DNA of 64,000 nucleotides from a virus: IMG/VR virus record IMGVR_UViG_2929327430_000008, positions 3,805 to 67,804 of that record; one strand, 5' to 3'. Shown piece by piece: positions 38,980 to 48,188 of this stretch (position 1 is its first letter; each line of letters starts with the position of its first letter). The notes under the pieces were generated by a model. It saw only the letters and a program-made list of their open reading frames with translations, ran no database searches and was not told where the DNA came from. The position numbers and the translations under genes were made by a program.

Positions 38980-40320
38980 TCAACTCCCACCCTTGAGCGC
39001 TATTCCGACGAACCCGCGAACCGCGTTGGTGCGGAACTTTCGTGCGCCGCGCTTTTCGAGCGCGGACGCGAATTCGTTCAGTCTACCCGGTGGCTTGAGG
39101 TTGTCGCGCGCATATTGCGTCCATGCCGCCCAGAGGTCGGCGGCGGCCGTCCTCATGAGGTCGTTCCCCACTTCAAAGATGCACTCCTCGTCGAGGAAGC
39201 GGGACAGCACGTCCTGGTCACGGAAATAAGCCTCGCTGGCGGCGACAACGCACGGCGGTGGTCGCAACCCGAACATCTGCCATTTGCGGCAACCGTTGAG
39301 CGCCCAGCGCAGGATGGCAGGCCATTCCGCGCGAAGCTTCTCCTCGAGCCTCAGATCAGGCCTTTCCGGTTTGTGCCCGAACTCGACGATGTGCAGCCGG
39401 CGGCGCATGGCGTCGTTTACGGTGCGCAGGCTCGGCTTGTCGTTGCCGATGAACAGCAATTTGAACTTCGGGGTGAACGTGAAGAAGTTGCCCCGCATGA
39501 ACCGAGCCGACACCGCGTCGCCGCCGGTGAGCGCCTTCAGGCGCGTTTCGTCCCAGGCCCGCCCTTCCTCCGTCTCGCTGGCCACGACGAGCCGGGCGCC
39601 GTTGAGCGCGGCGATGTCGGCGGGGTGACGGTCGCCGTAGGAGGCGACGAAGGAGTCCATCGCTGCAACGCGGGCGTAATCCCCGAGAATGCCTCGCAGG
39701 ACGCTCAGGAAGACGCTCTTGCCGTTTCCGCCCGGCCCCACCAAGAAAACGAGGGAATGCTCCGTCGTGAGTCCGGTCAGCGCGTAGCCGACGAAACGCT
39801 GAAGGAAAGCGATCAGCGCTGCGTCGCCACCACAGGACTCGGCCAAGAATTGCTTCCACCTTGGGCAATTGTCGGCAGCCTCCGGCGCCACCGCCGTCAC
39901 CTTGGTGATCATGTCTGCCGGGTCAGGTTCGCGCAGCGCGCCGTTGCGCAGATCGATCGTGCCGCCTGGCGTCCCGAGCAACCATGGGTCGCGGTCCCAG
40001 ACATCGGCTGTGGTGGCAAGCCGCTGGTCATGCTGGGCAAACCTCTCAACGCCGCGCGCGAACGACGTCCTTGATATGGCATAGCGCACGCGGTTGTCGC
40101 GCTCGCCGGCAGACATGGTGCGCGCTTGCTGGCGAGCCCATTCGAACGCAACCCCGGTGGCGTCTCGGAGCCACGAGGCTCCATCAAAGCGGAACCATGA
40201 GCCGGCGCTGTGATCGAAGCGCAGAACGTCCTTATGGCGTTCGGCGAACTCGAGCGCGGCCGAGTCCTCGGTGACGATTTGGGGCGCAGATTGAGCGCCA
40301 GGAAACGGAACGACTTCCAT
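38980..40320 (-). CDS. P4-family primase/D5-like SF3 helicase (D5_N plus ATPase; no primase domain seen)
   Basis: WDRDPWLLGTPGGTIDLR, GPGGNGKS Walker A, LKALTGGD.VSARF, GNDKP, RRL. Confidence 0.92.
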   Translation of the reverse strand: MEVVPFPGAQSAPQIVTEDSAALEFAERHKDVLRFDHSAGSWFRFDGASWLRDATGVAFEWARQQARTMSAGERDNRVRYAISRTSFARGVERFAQHDQRLATTADVWDRDPWLLGTPGGTIDLRNGALREPDPADMITKVTAVAPEAADNCPRWKQFLAESCGGDAALIAFLQRFVGYALTGLTTEHSLVFLVGPGGNGKSVFLSVLRGILGDYARVAAMDSFVASYGDRHPADIAALNGARLVVASETEEGRAWDETRLKALTGGDAVSARFMRGNFFTFTPKFKLLFIGNDKPSLRTVNDAMRRRLHIVEFGHKPERPDLRLEEKLRAEWPAILRWALNGCRKWQMFGLRPPPCVVAASEAYFRDQDVLSRFLDEECIFEVGNDLMRTAAADLWAAWTQYARDNLKPPGRLNEFASALEKRGARKFRTNAVRGFVGIALKGGS

Positions 40321-41759
40321 CAGCCCTGACCTCCCAGCTCGGCGAGGCGGTGGAAAACCCAGCCACGCCGATACCCACAGGCCTGCTGGATCGTGCGCAG
40401 CTTGTTTTCGTCGCCTGCGGCCCAGCGGAGGCGGTCAACATAGGTCATTGATCGCACGGTCCGGAACTCTTCCGCCTGCTTCGCCAGTTCGAGCCGCATC
40501 GCGATTTCCGCCTGTTCCGCCCGCGTCAGCAAATTCGCGCCACATTCCGGGCAAGCCGTGACAGCCCGCGCGCTGACGGCGCCGCACGCCTCGCACCTTC
40601 GGACCGCCGGCGTCTCGCGCTCGGCTGCGCGCTTGCGGCGCGGCTTGGATTCCAGCGACCACGCCCGCGGGGCGTCGGGCAGATCGTGCCGAGCGCTGTT
40701 GCCGGTGAAATCCAGGATGATGGCCCGATCCTTTCCGGGCGCGACGCGCAGCGCCCGGCCGACCTGCTGGAGATACAGCGCGAGGGATTGGGTCGGCCTG
40801 AGGAGAATCACCGCCTCAACGCCGGGAACGTCCAGCCCCTCAGAGATCAGGCCGCAGTTGCAGAGCACGTCGAGGCCGCCGTCGCCGAGCGCGGCGATGA
40901 TCCGGCGACGGGCGTCGGCGGTTGTCTCGCCATCGACATGGGCCGCCCTGACGCCAGCGGCGCAAAATGCCGCTGCGACGGCGCGGCTGTGCGCGATGTC
41001 GACGCAGAAGGCGATCGCCTTCTTGCCAGCCGCCAGGCGCTGATATTCCGCGACGGCCGACCCGATGACGACACCACCCATGGCTTGGCGCAGGTCATCG
41101 GTGTCGTAATCGCCCATCTTCGTCCGGACGCCGGACAGGTCCGGCGCGTCGGTGGGCGCGAACACCACGAACGGGCTCAAGTGCCCCTCGGCTATCAGTT
41201 GCGCCGTGGCCGGCCCCTCGATCATCTGGCCGAACACGTCACCTAGCCCGCGACCGTCGAGACGTTCGGGCGTCGCGGTGACGCCGAAGACGCGTGCATT
41301 GGGATTGGCGGCGATGATTTTGCCCCAGGAGCCAGCGACAGCGTGGTGCGCCTCGTCGATGATGAGGAAGTCGAATCGGCCGGCACAATCCTTCAGGCGC
41401 CGCGCCAAGGTGGCGACGCTGGCGACCTGAACGGCGTGATCCGTCGCCGGCGCGCCTGGCGCGATCATTCCGAATTCGATCCCCACCCGCTCGAGCGCCG
41501 AGGCGATCTGGTCGAGGATCTCTGAACGGTGCGCGAGGACGGCGACGCGGTAGTCGAGCGCTGCGGCCGCCTTCGTGAATTGTGAGAACGTGACGGTCTT
41601 TCCCGAGCCAGTGGGCGCGACGGCCAGGACGCTCGACGCGCCTCCGGCGAAGGCCGCGCGCACGTCGCGGATGAGGGCGGCCTGATACGATCTGAGGAAA
41701 ACAGCGGTGCTCCGCGCCGCGGCATCGGCGACAGGTTCAACGCTGATGCCGACAGTCAT
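40320..41759 (-). CDS. DEAH-box SF2 helicase with C-terminal zinc ribbon
   Basis: LRSYQ, APTGSGKT, DEAHH, TATP, QQVGRALR, CEAC...CPEC. Confidence 0.93.
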   Translation of the reverse strand: MTVGISVEPVADAAARSTAVFLRSYQAALIRDVRAAFAGGASSVLAVAPTGSGKTVTFSQFTKAAAALDYRVAVLAHRSEILDQIASALERVGIEFGMIAPGAPATDHAVQVASVATLARRLKDCAGRFDFLIIDEAHHAVAGSWGKIIAANPNARVFGVTATPERLDGRGLGDVFGQMIEGPATAQLIAEGHLSPFVVFAPTDAPDLSGVRTKMGDYDTDDLRQAMGGVVIGSAVAEYQRLAAGKKAIAFCVDIAHSRAVAAAFCAAGVRAAHVDGETTADARRRIIAALGDGGLDVLCNCGLISEGLDVPGVEAVILLRPTQSLALYLQQVGRALRVAPGKDRAIILDFTGNSARHDLPDAPRAWSLESKPRRKRAAERETPAVRRCEACGAVSARAVTACPECGANLLTRAEQAEIAMRLELAKQAEEFRTVRSMTYVDRLRWAAGDENKLRTIQQACGYRRGWVFHRLAELGGQG

Positions 41760-42067
41760 GGCTGCACCCTCAGGAAGGCGTCAAAGCCTTTCAACGCAAC
41801 CTGCTCAGCGAGTCTGCGCCCATCCTCGTCGACCTGAAATTCGCAGAAGCTCTGGAGGCTTTGTGCGATCGAGGCGGCCATCTCCTCCCTTGCACCGACC
41901 ACCCAGAGCAAAAGTTCATTTATTGTCGGTGTCGGCTTGGCCGACGTGGCGGCCATAAACAGTTCGTTCGCCTGGCGCCAGCCGATATCGAACAGGACGC
42001 ACGACACCGGCGCCGGCAGAAGGCCCATGTCCTGGCGGTTGTCGTTCGAGGCCCCGTCAATTTTCAT
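41756..42067 (-). CDS. Hypothetical protein
   Basis: GGAGG upstream; coupled to the helicase start (ATGA). Confidence 0.55.
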   Translation of the reverse strand: MKIDGASNDNRQDMGLLPAPVSCVLFDIGWRQANELFMAATSAKPTPTINELLLWVVGAREEMAASIAQSLQSFCEFQVDEDGRRLAEQVALKGFDAFLRVQP

Positions 42068-42269
42068 GGCGCGCCTCCCCGAATGCCAATTCCGCCACGA
42101 GGACGGCGACCGCCGGCGGCAGCGCCGCGCGCCGGGAAATTGCGCGGAGACGTTGAACTTCGAGGGGTGAGCGGCTATCTTCCAAATTGATCGAAGCCGC
42201 CAAGCAAACGATCTTTTCCGGAACCCGGCCCGTCATCCGCGTGGCCGGGTTCCCCTTTCTCTGGATCAT
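42057..42269 (-). CDS. Small hypothetical protein
   Basis: Overlaps neighbours at both ends; ends AVLVAELAFGEAR. Confidence 0.5.
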   Translation of the reverse strand: MIQRKGNPATRMTGRVPEKIVCLAASINLEDSRSPLEVQRLRAISRRAALPPAVAVLVAELAFGEARHEN

Positions 42270-42550
42270 TTTTCGCCCACCTCTGCGCTGTTCTCAGGGG
42301 CGGGGCGCACAGGCGCCTGGTCATCCGCCTTGCGCTCGGACGTGCTGCGCACCGGGGGGCTGATTTTGGATCGCGCCCAGGCGTCGAGCTTCTCCGTGGT
42401 GTAGAGCGGCGTGCGTGGCCCAGCATAGAAAATCTCCGGGCCGCCGCCGACAACCGCGAGTTTGGCAAGGGTCTTCGCGCTTCCAAAGCCGTACTGGCTT
42501 CTGAGATATTCGCCCGCCTCTCTGCGACGAATGAATTGTGCTGAGTGCAT
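42266..42550 (-). CDS. AlpA/excisionase-like HTH protein
   Basis: IRRREAGEYL.......KTLAKLAVVGGGP....G.RTPLY....LDAW. Confidence 0.8.
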   Translation of the reverse strand: MHSAQFIRRREAGEYLRSQYGFGSAKTLAKLAVVGGGPEIFYAGPRTPLYTTEKLDAWARSKISPPVRSTSERKADDQAPVRPAPENSAEVGEK

Positions 42551-42651
42551 TTGGCTACCCTTGTTTAAAGGACAGCCTCTTTAATTACTCACGATTTCCG
42601 ACATGTCGAAATGTCTTAATGCCCCAGCCAAAAACTGTTTTCGGGGCATTT

Positions 42652-43320
42652 TCAATCGACATGGCTTTTCTCCGGCCTGCCTCGCTTTGTATCAGGATAG
42701 AGTTCGCGCCAAATTCGCTCGAACCGCGGCTTTGAAACGCCAGCGTCCTTCATTTCTTGCCAGCCCTTCCACGCGCGAATCTTGGAGCGCTCGCCTATCG
42801 AGCGCTCCCGTTCAAGCAGAAGGCTTCGCACCTGGTCGTCGGTGGCAACCGCGCGGGCGCGCCCGCTTTGTGCCGGCCACAGCGCCAAGACGCGATCTCG
42901 CGCCACGCGAACCTGATGGTAGCGTGGAAGGCCACACTCGTCGCCGGCGAGCTGCTGCGATTGTTCCATGACGCTGTCAGGCCCCCAGATCGGGGCAACG
43001 TCGATTGCGAGCGTCCGCCATTCGACCGGGCGAATTGAGACGAGACCAAGGGCGCGTCCCGCGTAATGCCGACTGGCGTATCCCGACGCCTCCATGCTTC
43101 CGTCCTGCAACCGTCGCAGCAGGTCAGCAGCGGCCGCCACCGGCTCGACGTGGCCGGTGGGCGCCGCCTTGGCCGCGGCGAGCACGTCGACGGGATGCGC
43201 CTGTTCGGTACCTCCGAATTGCGAAGCCTTGGCCGCTGTACGCCAAATAATCCAGGCGAGCGTTTGGCCAAGTGGCCAAAACGGCTCGGCGAACGGATCA
43301 ATGTCTGGCGCATCTCCCAT
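42652..43320 (-). CDS. Hypothetical island protein
   Basis: GGGAG upstream; W.L.Q.LAWIIWR N-terminus and C-terminal KRGRP motif. Confidence 0.65.
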   Translation of the reverse strand: MGDAPDIDPFAEPFWPLGQTLAWIIWRTAAKASQFGGTEQAHPVDVLAAAKAAPTGHVEPVAAAADLLRRLQDGSMEASGYASRHYAGRALGLVSIRPVEWRTLAIDVAPIWGPDSVMEQSQQLAGDECGLPRYHQVRVARDRVLALWPAQSGRARAVATDDQVRSLLLERERSIGERSKIRAWKGWQEMKDAGVSKPRFERIWRELYPDTKRGRPEKSHVD

Positions 43321-43541
43321 GCCGTCAAATCTCCCTTCGAGATGGTGAGCGAGCCGCGGGCGATGACCTCGCCGACGGTCAAAACAAGGATGCGGCTAGG
43401 GGCGATGCTAGGGACCGTGGCTGCCGAGAATTTAAGCCCCTGACGCCGCACCCAAAATGCGCCTGCGCGGCGGATGGACGATCCGCCGAACCGAAAAACC
43501 AGCATCAAGACGGACGCCGGAAACGCCCGATGGCTTCAAAC

Positions 43542-43802
43542 TCACGTCATGCTCTCATGCCTGGAACGATGATGATACCTCGCAGAGAACATCTGCCCCC
43601 CGCGCTGGACGGATCGCGCCACGGCGCCTAGGCCGATTGAGGCCCTGACCTTGCCCACGGTGGTCGGCGAGCATCCCAGTTCCCGGGCGATGGACTGGTC
43701 AGAGCGGGAAGGGTCAGCAACGATTGCCGCTTCAATCTGTCCACGTAGCGCCGCCCCACTGGCTTCGGCGAGGTCTGCGGCGAGGTCGCTTTCAGGAGAC
43801 AT
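43542..43802 (-). CDS. Small HTH DNA-binding protein
   Basis: PSRSDQSIARELGCSPTTVGKVR; GGAGG upstream. Confidence 0.7.
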   Translation of the reverse strand: MSPESDLAADLAEASGAALRGQIEAAIVADPSRSDQSIARELGCSPTTVGKVRASIGLGAVARSVQRGGQMFSARYHHRSRHESMT

Positions 43803-43833
43803 GATCGCCTCCCCGCCCCTGCATTCCGCGGGT

Positions 43834-44018
43834 CGTTCCACCAGGATCGTTCCAGGTTTCCCCCTTAAGGGGGGAAAACTCCTGGAACGCGGAACGTTCT
43901 GGCGATTGGCTGGCTGGAACGTTCCAGTGGAACGCTAATCTAATCAGTGGCTTGTGCGTCCCATCGTTCCAGAAATCGTTCCAAAAAACGCTGGAACGAA
44001 AAGGGGCAAATCGTTCCA
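43834..44018. repeat. CGTTCCA/TGGAACG iteron-like cluster, putative second origin
   Basis: About ten copies in both orientations plus the near-palindrome TTTCCCCCTTAAGGGGGGAAA, downstream of the AAA/HTH gene. Confidence 0.75.
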
Positions 44019-44042
44019 GACTTGTTGAGCGGTTTTCCGGGC

Positions 44043-45083
44043 TCATTTGGCGGCCCTTTTACCCTTCGGCGCCAGTGTCCATTTGCCGAGCACGGTTTCG
44101 ACCAGCCCCTCTTTTTTCAGGTCGACAAGCTTCCGATGAACCGCACCCTTTGACTTCCCGATCGCGGCGCCCAGATCGGAAATTGACGCGCCTGGTTTCT
44201 CCAGCATCACGCGCAGCAGCTTCCGCCCTTCGTCGTTTGCGGCGTCCTGGCGCGCGTCGCAGGTCTCGGGGCTTGCCGGCCTGAACATCGGCAGCATGAC
44301 TTCGCGGCCCTTGGCGTCGAGAACGTTTGGGCTGCTGCACATGTCGGACCGGAAAAAGATCGGCTCGAAATCGACGCCGCGTATTTTCCCCTGCCAATGC
44401 AGGCTGACCAGGCCGTTTTTTGGCGAGAGCGTCAGATTTCCGTCCACCTCATTCAGGATGGCGCCGCCTCCATATGGGACCAAGTTGTCATCTGATGCGT
44501 TCTTGACCGGATGCGCCGGCACCAGCACCGAAGGCTTGCCAGCGATCTGCGTCAACGGTCGCAGGCGCCGCAGGAATTCGCCGGTCGCGACGTTGTCGTT
44601 GGCGTCCGAGCCGTCGAAAAAGGCGGCGAGCGTGTCGATGATGATGAGGGCGAACGGGTGTTGCGCCGCAAGACCGTTGAGGCGCTCGAACAGTTCTTCC
44701 GGCGAGACCCGATATTCCAGGACGACGAACTGGTCACCGAGTTCATCCAGGTCGATATTCAGATGATAGGCGGCGACCAAGAGGCGCATGCGCAGGTCGT
44801 CGGGGTTTTCCGCCGCGACATAAGCGACGCGCCCGAACGAAACTTCACGGTCGAGGATGTCCGGCCGCCCCGTTGCAACCGCAAGCCCAACGGCGAGCGC
44901 GAAGCTTGTCTTGCCGGTGCCCGTGCGCGCAGTCACCGTGTAAAGGCTCGACGATCGGACGCACGGCTCAATGGCGTAAGAAACTGGCTCGTAGGCGGCG
45001 CAGAAATCCCGCGCCGATTTGAACGACGCGATGCGGGGCGCGGGGCGCGAGTGTGCGCGTTCTGGCCTGGACGAGATGTTCAT
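44043..45083 (-). CDS. RepA-like AAA helicase with C-terminal winged HTH
   Basis: ARTGTGKT Walker A, YVAAEN, IIIDT Walker B, PAHP; C-terminal SISDLGAAIGKSKGAVHR. Confidence 0.85.
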   Translation of the reverse strand: MNISSRPERAHSRPAPRIASFKSARDFCAAYEPVSYAIEPCVRSSSLYTVTARTGTGKTSFALAVGLAVATGRPDILDREVSFGRVAYVAAENPDDLRMRLLVAAYHLNIDLDELGDQFVVLEYRVSPEELFERLNGLAAQHPFALIIIDTLAAFFDGSDANDNVATGEFLRRLRPLTQIAGKPSVLVPAHPVKNASDDNLVPYGGGAILNEVDGNLTLSPKNGLVSLHWQGKIRGVDFEPIFFRSDMCSSPNVLDAKGREVMLPMFRPASPETCDARQDAANDEGRKLLRVMLEKPGASISDLGAAIGKSKGAVHRKLVDLKKEGLVETVLGKWTLAPKGKRAAK

Positions 45084-45102
45084 GGCCGCGTCAGCGGAGA
45101 GA

Positions 45103-45597
45103 TCATCGGCTTTCCTCTCGAGATAGGCAGCGCGCGGCATAGAGCGCCAGGAGAGCCGCCTCGGCGCGCACGACGTGCTTTTCCTTCCCGAAGAGATCGA
45201 CACGTGAGGGCCAGGTGTGCAGCGCCTTCAAATGGACGGCCTGGATGTTCTTGGAGACGCCGAAGTGTCGCCGCCACCGGGTCGAGGAAATCTCATTGCT
45301 TGGCACGCCGAGACCGGCGGCCACGCCTTGGGCGATCCCAAACGACACGCGATGAGCGAAAACCGTGTCGAGGTGCCTTCGCGACTGAGGAACAGCGATT
45401 CTGTGCCCCGGCTGCGGTTTCTCAATCACGATGATGTCTGGGCGCATGGCTCTGAGCCGGCCGGCGAGCGCAACACCATCGAGGAGCCCGTTTCGGATCG
45501 GCGCATCTTCGACGCTCAGAGCGTCATGATCACCGATGAAAAGAAAGGCGAAAGCGCGCCGACCGATTGCCGCGATGCAGCGGCTTTCGTTGGTCAT
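45103..45597 (-). CDS. Phage RuvC-like protein, catalytic residues apparently degenerate
   Basis: IVIE, SFG...GV, ..W.RHFG, RAEAALLALY pattern, but no N-terminal GIDPG. Confidence 0.6.
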   Translation of the reverse strand: MTNESRCIAAIGRRAFAFLFIGDHDALSVEDAPIRNGLLDGVALAGRLRAMRPDIIVIEKPQPGHRIAVPQSRRHLDTVFAHRVSFGIAQGVAAGLGVPSNEISSTRWRRHFGVSKNIQAVHLKALHTWPSRVDLFGKEKHVVRAEAALLALYAARCLSREESR

Positions 45598-45752
45598 GAT
45601 GCAGCGCCTGCCGCGCGGGCGCGCTGACATTGCGTGTTGTGCGGGCTGTCGGTATGCGGAAAACTGTTCAACGACGCCACGCGATCGAACGATTTCCAAG
45701 CCTGGCCCGCGTTAGCCCATGCGGCCAGGCTCGATGTTGTGAAGGACATCGA

Positions 45753-45992
45753 TCATGCAGCCTCCGGGCCGAGCGCGGCCAGCCAGGCCTTGGCATCCTC
45801 AGCGCGAATGCCGGTCCGGCGGCCGATCTTCACGACGCTGAGCTTCTTCTCACGAATCTCTTTGTAGGCTTTGCCACGACCGATGCCGGCCCAAGCGGCG
45901 AATTCTTCTACGCTCAGCAGCCCCCCAGTTGCGAGGCGATCAGCCACAGAAAGCCGAGGCGCAGAATTTCCACTACTCATTATCTTCCCCAA
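45753..45992 (-). CDS. Excisionase-family HTH protein
   Basis: LSVEEFAAWAGIGRGKAYKEIREKKL..VKIGRRT.I......W. Confidence 0.85.
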   Translation of the reverse strand: MGKIMSSGNSAPRLSVADRLATGGLLSVEEFAAWAGIGRGKAYKEIREKKLSVVKIGRRTGIRAEDAKAWLAALGPEAA

Positions 45993-46097
45993 TGCACCGA
46001 TGATAACCGGCGGTCATGGGCGTAATCGTGACGCAACGAACCTGAAAAACTAGGGAGTGAAGGGGCTTCAAGCAGGGTAGCGAAGCGCCTTCAATGC

Positions 46098-46733
46098 CTA
46101 TTTTCGCTGTCGCTTTGGCAGGTTTCCGGATTGCTCCAAGACCCTGATGTACTTTAGCAAACTATCGGTCGAAGGGGGCGTCTCACCCTTCCACCCGGCC
46201 CATATTTCATTGGCAAGATTCTGTTGGGAAAGATCGGGCCGAGTTCTCCGAATCTGCAGCGCCATCTGCAAGGCTTCCCCTTGCCAGGCGGCTTCGGCTT
46301 TCAGTCGCCGAGCCTCGCCGCTCCGCTGACCGCCCTTTTTGCCTCCCGCGGAAATATCGGCGCGCATGTAGCGCTTGGCTGTGGAGCTCTCAGGGTCCAG
46401 CCTCACAATGGCCAACAACGCTTTAGACGTCAACGTAGCGAGAGATTGTATACCAGCTGTCTTTTTTTGATTGTCAGCAACAACTTCAAGGGCACGTAAA
46501 ACGTCGCTGAATGCGAGACGAATATCTTCCATCTCCAATAGATAGCTGTACATTTCCTTAGCTGATTCACTGGCGGGATTTGACAATGCATCTGCCATAA
46601 GACGGTCAAAAAAATCGTATGGATTTCCATTTTTTCGAAAATTTTCTTTATGATACTCCTCAAACAAAGCCAATAGCTCGGGAACAGCTTCGTCTAGGTC
46701 ATAATTTTTAGTTGATTTTTCCATCGCGCGCAC
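46098..46733 (-). CDS. Hypothetical protein (low GC, C-terminal HTH-like)
   Basis: 211-aa ORF between int and xis; GKKGGQRSGEARR and LSQQNLANEI. Confidence 0.65.
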   Translation of the reverse strand: MRAMEKSTKNYDLDEAVPELLALFEEYHKENFRKNGNPYDFFDRLMADALSNPASESAKEMYSYLLEMEDIRLAFSDVLRALEVVADNQKKTAGIQSLATLTSKALLAIVRLDPESSTAKRYMRADISAGGKKGGQRSGEARRLKAEAAWQGEALQMALQIRRTRPDLSQQNLANEIWAGWKGETPPSTDSLLKYIRVLEQSGNLPKRQRK

Positions 46734-46752
46734 CCGCGCGCACCGGAGGAGA

Positions 46753-46804
46753 CGCGGAAACCAGGCGGTGCGTCCTGGCTTGTCGGCTGGCCGGCCTATC
46801 CGCG
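46753..46804 (-). ncRNA. Candidate structured RNA downstream of the integrase (int-alpA-motif-like)
   Basis: Outer stem CGCGGA/TCCGCG, inner CCAGG/CCTGG stem and a TAGGCCGGCCAGCCG segment. Position fits the int-alpA motif; identity is from memory and unverified. Confidence 0.45.
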
Positions 46805-46814
46805 CCGTTCGAGG

Positions 46815-48026
46815 TTACGACGCCTGTTTTGCAAATGGAACGACCTTGCCGCCATCGGCCGGCGACGTGGTGACGTAAACCGCCCATTGTTCCATTAGCG
46901 CCCGACGTTTCTCGAGCGCGTCAGACCGGCGATACGCGGCCTCAACCTTGTTGCCCACGACATGCGCCAAGGCAGCTTCCGCGACCTCGCGCGGGAAATG
47001 GGTTTCGTCTCCAGCCCAATCCCTGAATGTGGATCGGAAACCATGGGGCGTGGCGTCGTCGCAGATTCTCTTCATGGCCGCCGACATCGTCATGTCCGAC
47101 ATTTTGTTTCCCCGGTGTCCAGGGAAAATTAGATCGCTCGTCTTCAGCTCGCGCATTTTTTCCAGCAGCGCCACCGCAGCCCGCGAAAGGGGAACACGAT
47201 GCGGGCGCCCGGCCTTCATTCGCTCTGCAGGAACCGTCCAGACGGCGTTCTCGAAGTCAATTTCGTCCCAAGTCGCGCCCCGAACCTCGCCGGACCGGGC
47301 GGCCGTCAGGATCAAAAACCGCAGCGCGCAATAACTCATGTTCGTCAACGGCGCGAGCTGCAACCAGAACGCCGGCATACGATCGTAGGGTATAGCTGCA
47401 TGGTGACCACGCACGAGCTTTGTTGGGGCCGCCAATAGCTTGTCTAAATGCCCGCGCCATCGCGCCGGATTATCGCCGGTTCGCAGCTTGCGCACTTTGG
47501 CAGCGTCTAGAATGGCTTCAATGCGCCCACGAACACGCCGGGCAGTTTCCGGAACGCGGCTCCAGAGCGGTGCCAACGTCGCTACAACGTCGTCAGTGTC
47601 GATTGCGTCGATCGGCACTTTCCACAGTGGTGCCGCGTGCATCTGAAGTGCCGACGTCCACTGATGAACATGTTTTTCGTTGCGCCACTCGTGTTGATGA
47701 GCCGTGACGTACTCAGCAGCGACCTCACCGAAAGTCTTCGTCGCCGGCTTCTCTCGTTCCTGGCGCCGCTTATCGAGTGGATCAATTTTCGCGGCAAGAT
47801 CGCCTCGCGCCGCAACCGCCAGCTCGCGCGCTTTGGCGAGGGTGACAGCATGAACTGCACCGAATCCCATTTCGCGCTGGCGACCGTTCAGCTTGTAGAA
47901 GAAAACCCAGGACTTTCCGCCGGTCTTGGAGACGGACAAATAGAGGCCGCCGCCATCGGAATGACGGCCAGGCGAAGTGATCGCCGCAACAGTTTTTGCA
48001 TTGAGCCTGTTTAGTGTAATCGCCAT
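46815..48026 (-). CDS. int: P4-like tyrosine integrase
   Basis: Arm-binding N-terminus GRHSDGGGLYL; catalytic set R(SGE), K(AGR), HGFR, LAH, AY intact. Confidence 0.96.
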   Translation of the reverse strand: MAITLNRLNAKTVAAITSPGRHSDGGGLYLSVSKTGGKSWVFFYKLNGRQREMGFGAVHAVTLAKARELAVAARGDLAAKIDPLDKRRQEREKPATKTFGEVAAEYVTAHQHEWRNEKHVHQWTSALQMHAAPLWKVPIDAIDTDDVVATLAPLWSRVPETARRVRGRIEAILDAAKVRKLRTGDNPARWRGHLDKLLAAPTKLVRGHHAAIPYDRMPAFWLQLAPLTNMSYCALRFLILTAARSGEVRGATWDEIDFENAVWTVPAERMKAGRPHRVPLSRAAVALLEKMRELKTSDLIFPGHRGNKMSDMTMSAAMKRICDDATPHGFRSTFRDWAGDETHFPREVAEAALAHVVGNKVEAAYRRSDALEKRRALMEQWAVYVTTSPADGGKVVPFAKQAS

Positions 48027-48036
48027 AGGATTTCGC

Positions 48037-48054
48037 CCCTAGTAATATCCCTAG
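48037..48054. promoter_or_regulatory. Putative integrase arm-type sites (CCCTAG x2, 12-bp period)
   Basis: CCCTAG at 48037 and 48049, same orientation and spacing as at the left end. Confidence 0.7.
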
Positions 48055-48175
48055 CCGCGTCAGGTCATTCTAAAGCACGTCAATGAACAATCAAGAACTT
48101 GCTTGATATGATTGCATCTCACGCAATAGACGCCAACGACCAGAAATGAACGCCAATGGCCAAAATCTATACAGA

Positions 48176-48188
48176 GGCCGTTGCCGTC
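48176..48188. repeat. Right att core GGCCGTTgCCGtC
   Basis: Matches 20606-20618. Confidence 0.85.

Larger units (their letters stand above)
20606..48182 (-). mobile_element. 27.57-kb integrative satellite-like element (tyrosine integrase) inserted in the connector gene
   Basis: GGCCGTT direct repeat at both ends, integrase at the right end, xis-like gene, primase/helicase genes, terS, defence cargo at the left end; flanks rejoin into one ORF. Confidence 0.9.

Noticed and set aside
38867-44018. Short repeat clusters as CRISPR arrays
   Set aside because: Units are 7-9 bp, in both orientations, without unique regular spacers, and no cas genes are present.
46815-48188. tRNA gene as integration target
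   Set aside because: No cloverleaf or T-loop motif seen at either end; the junctions fall in a protein-coding gene.
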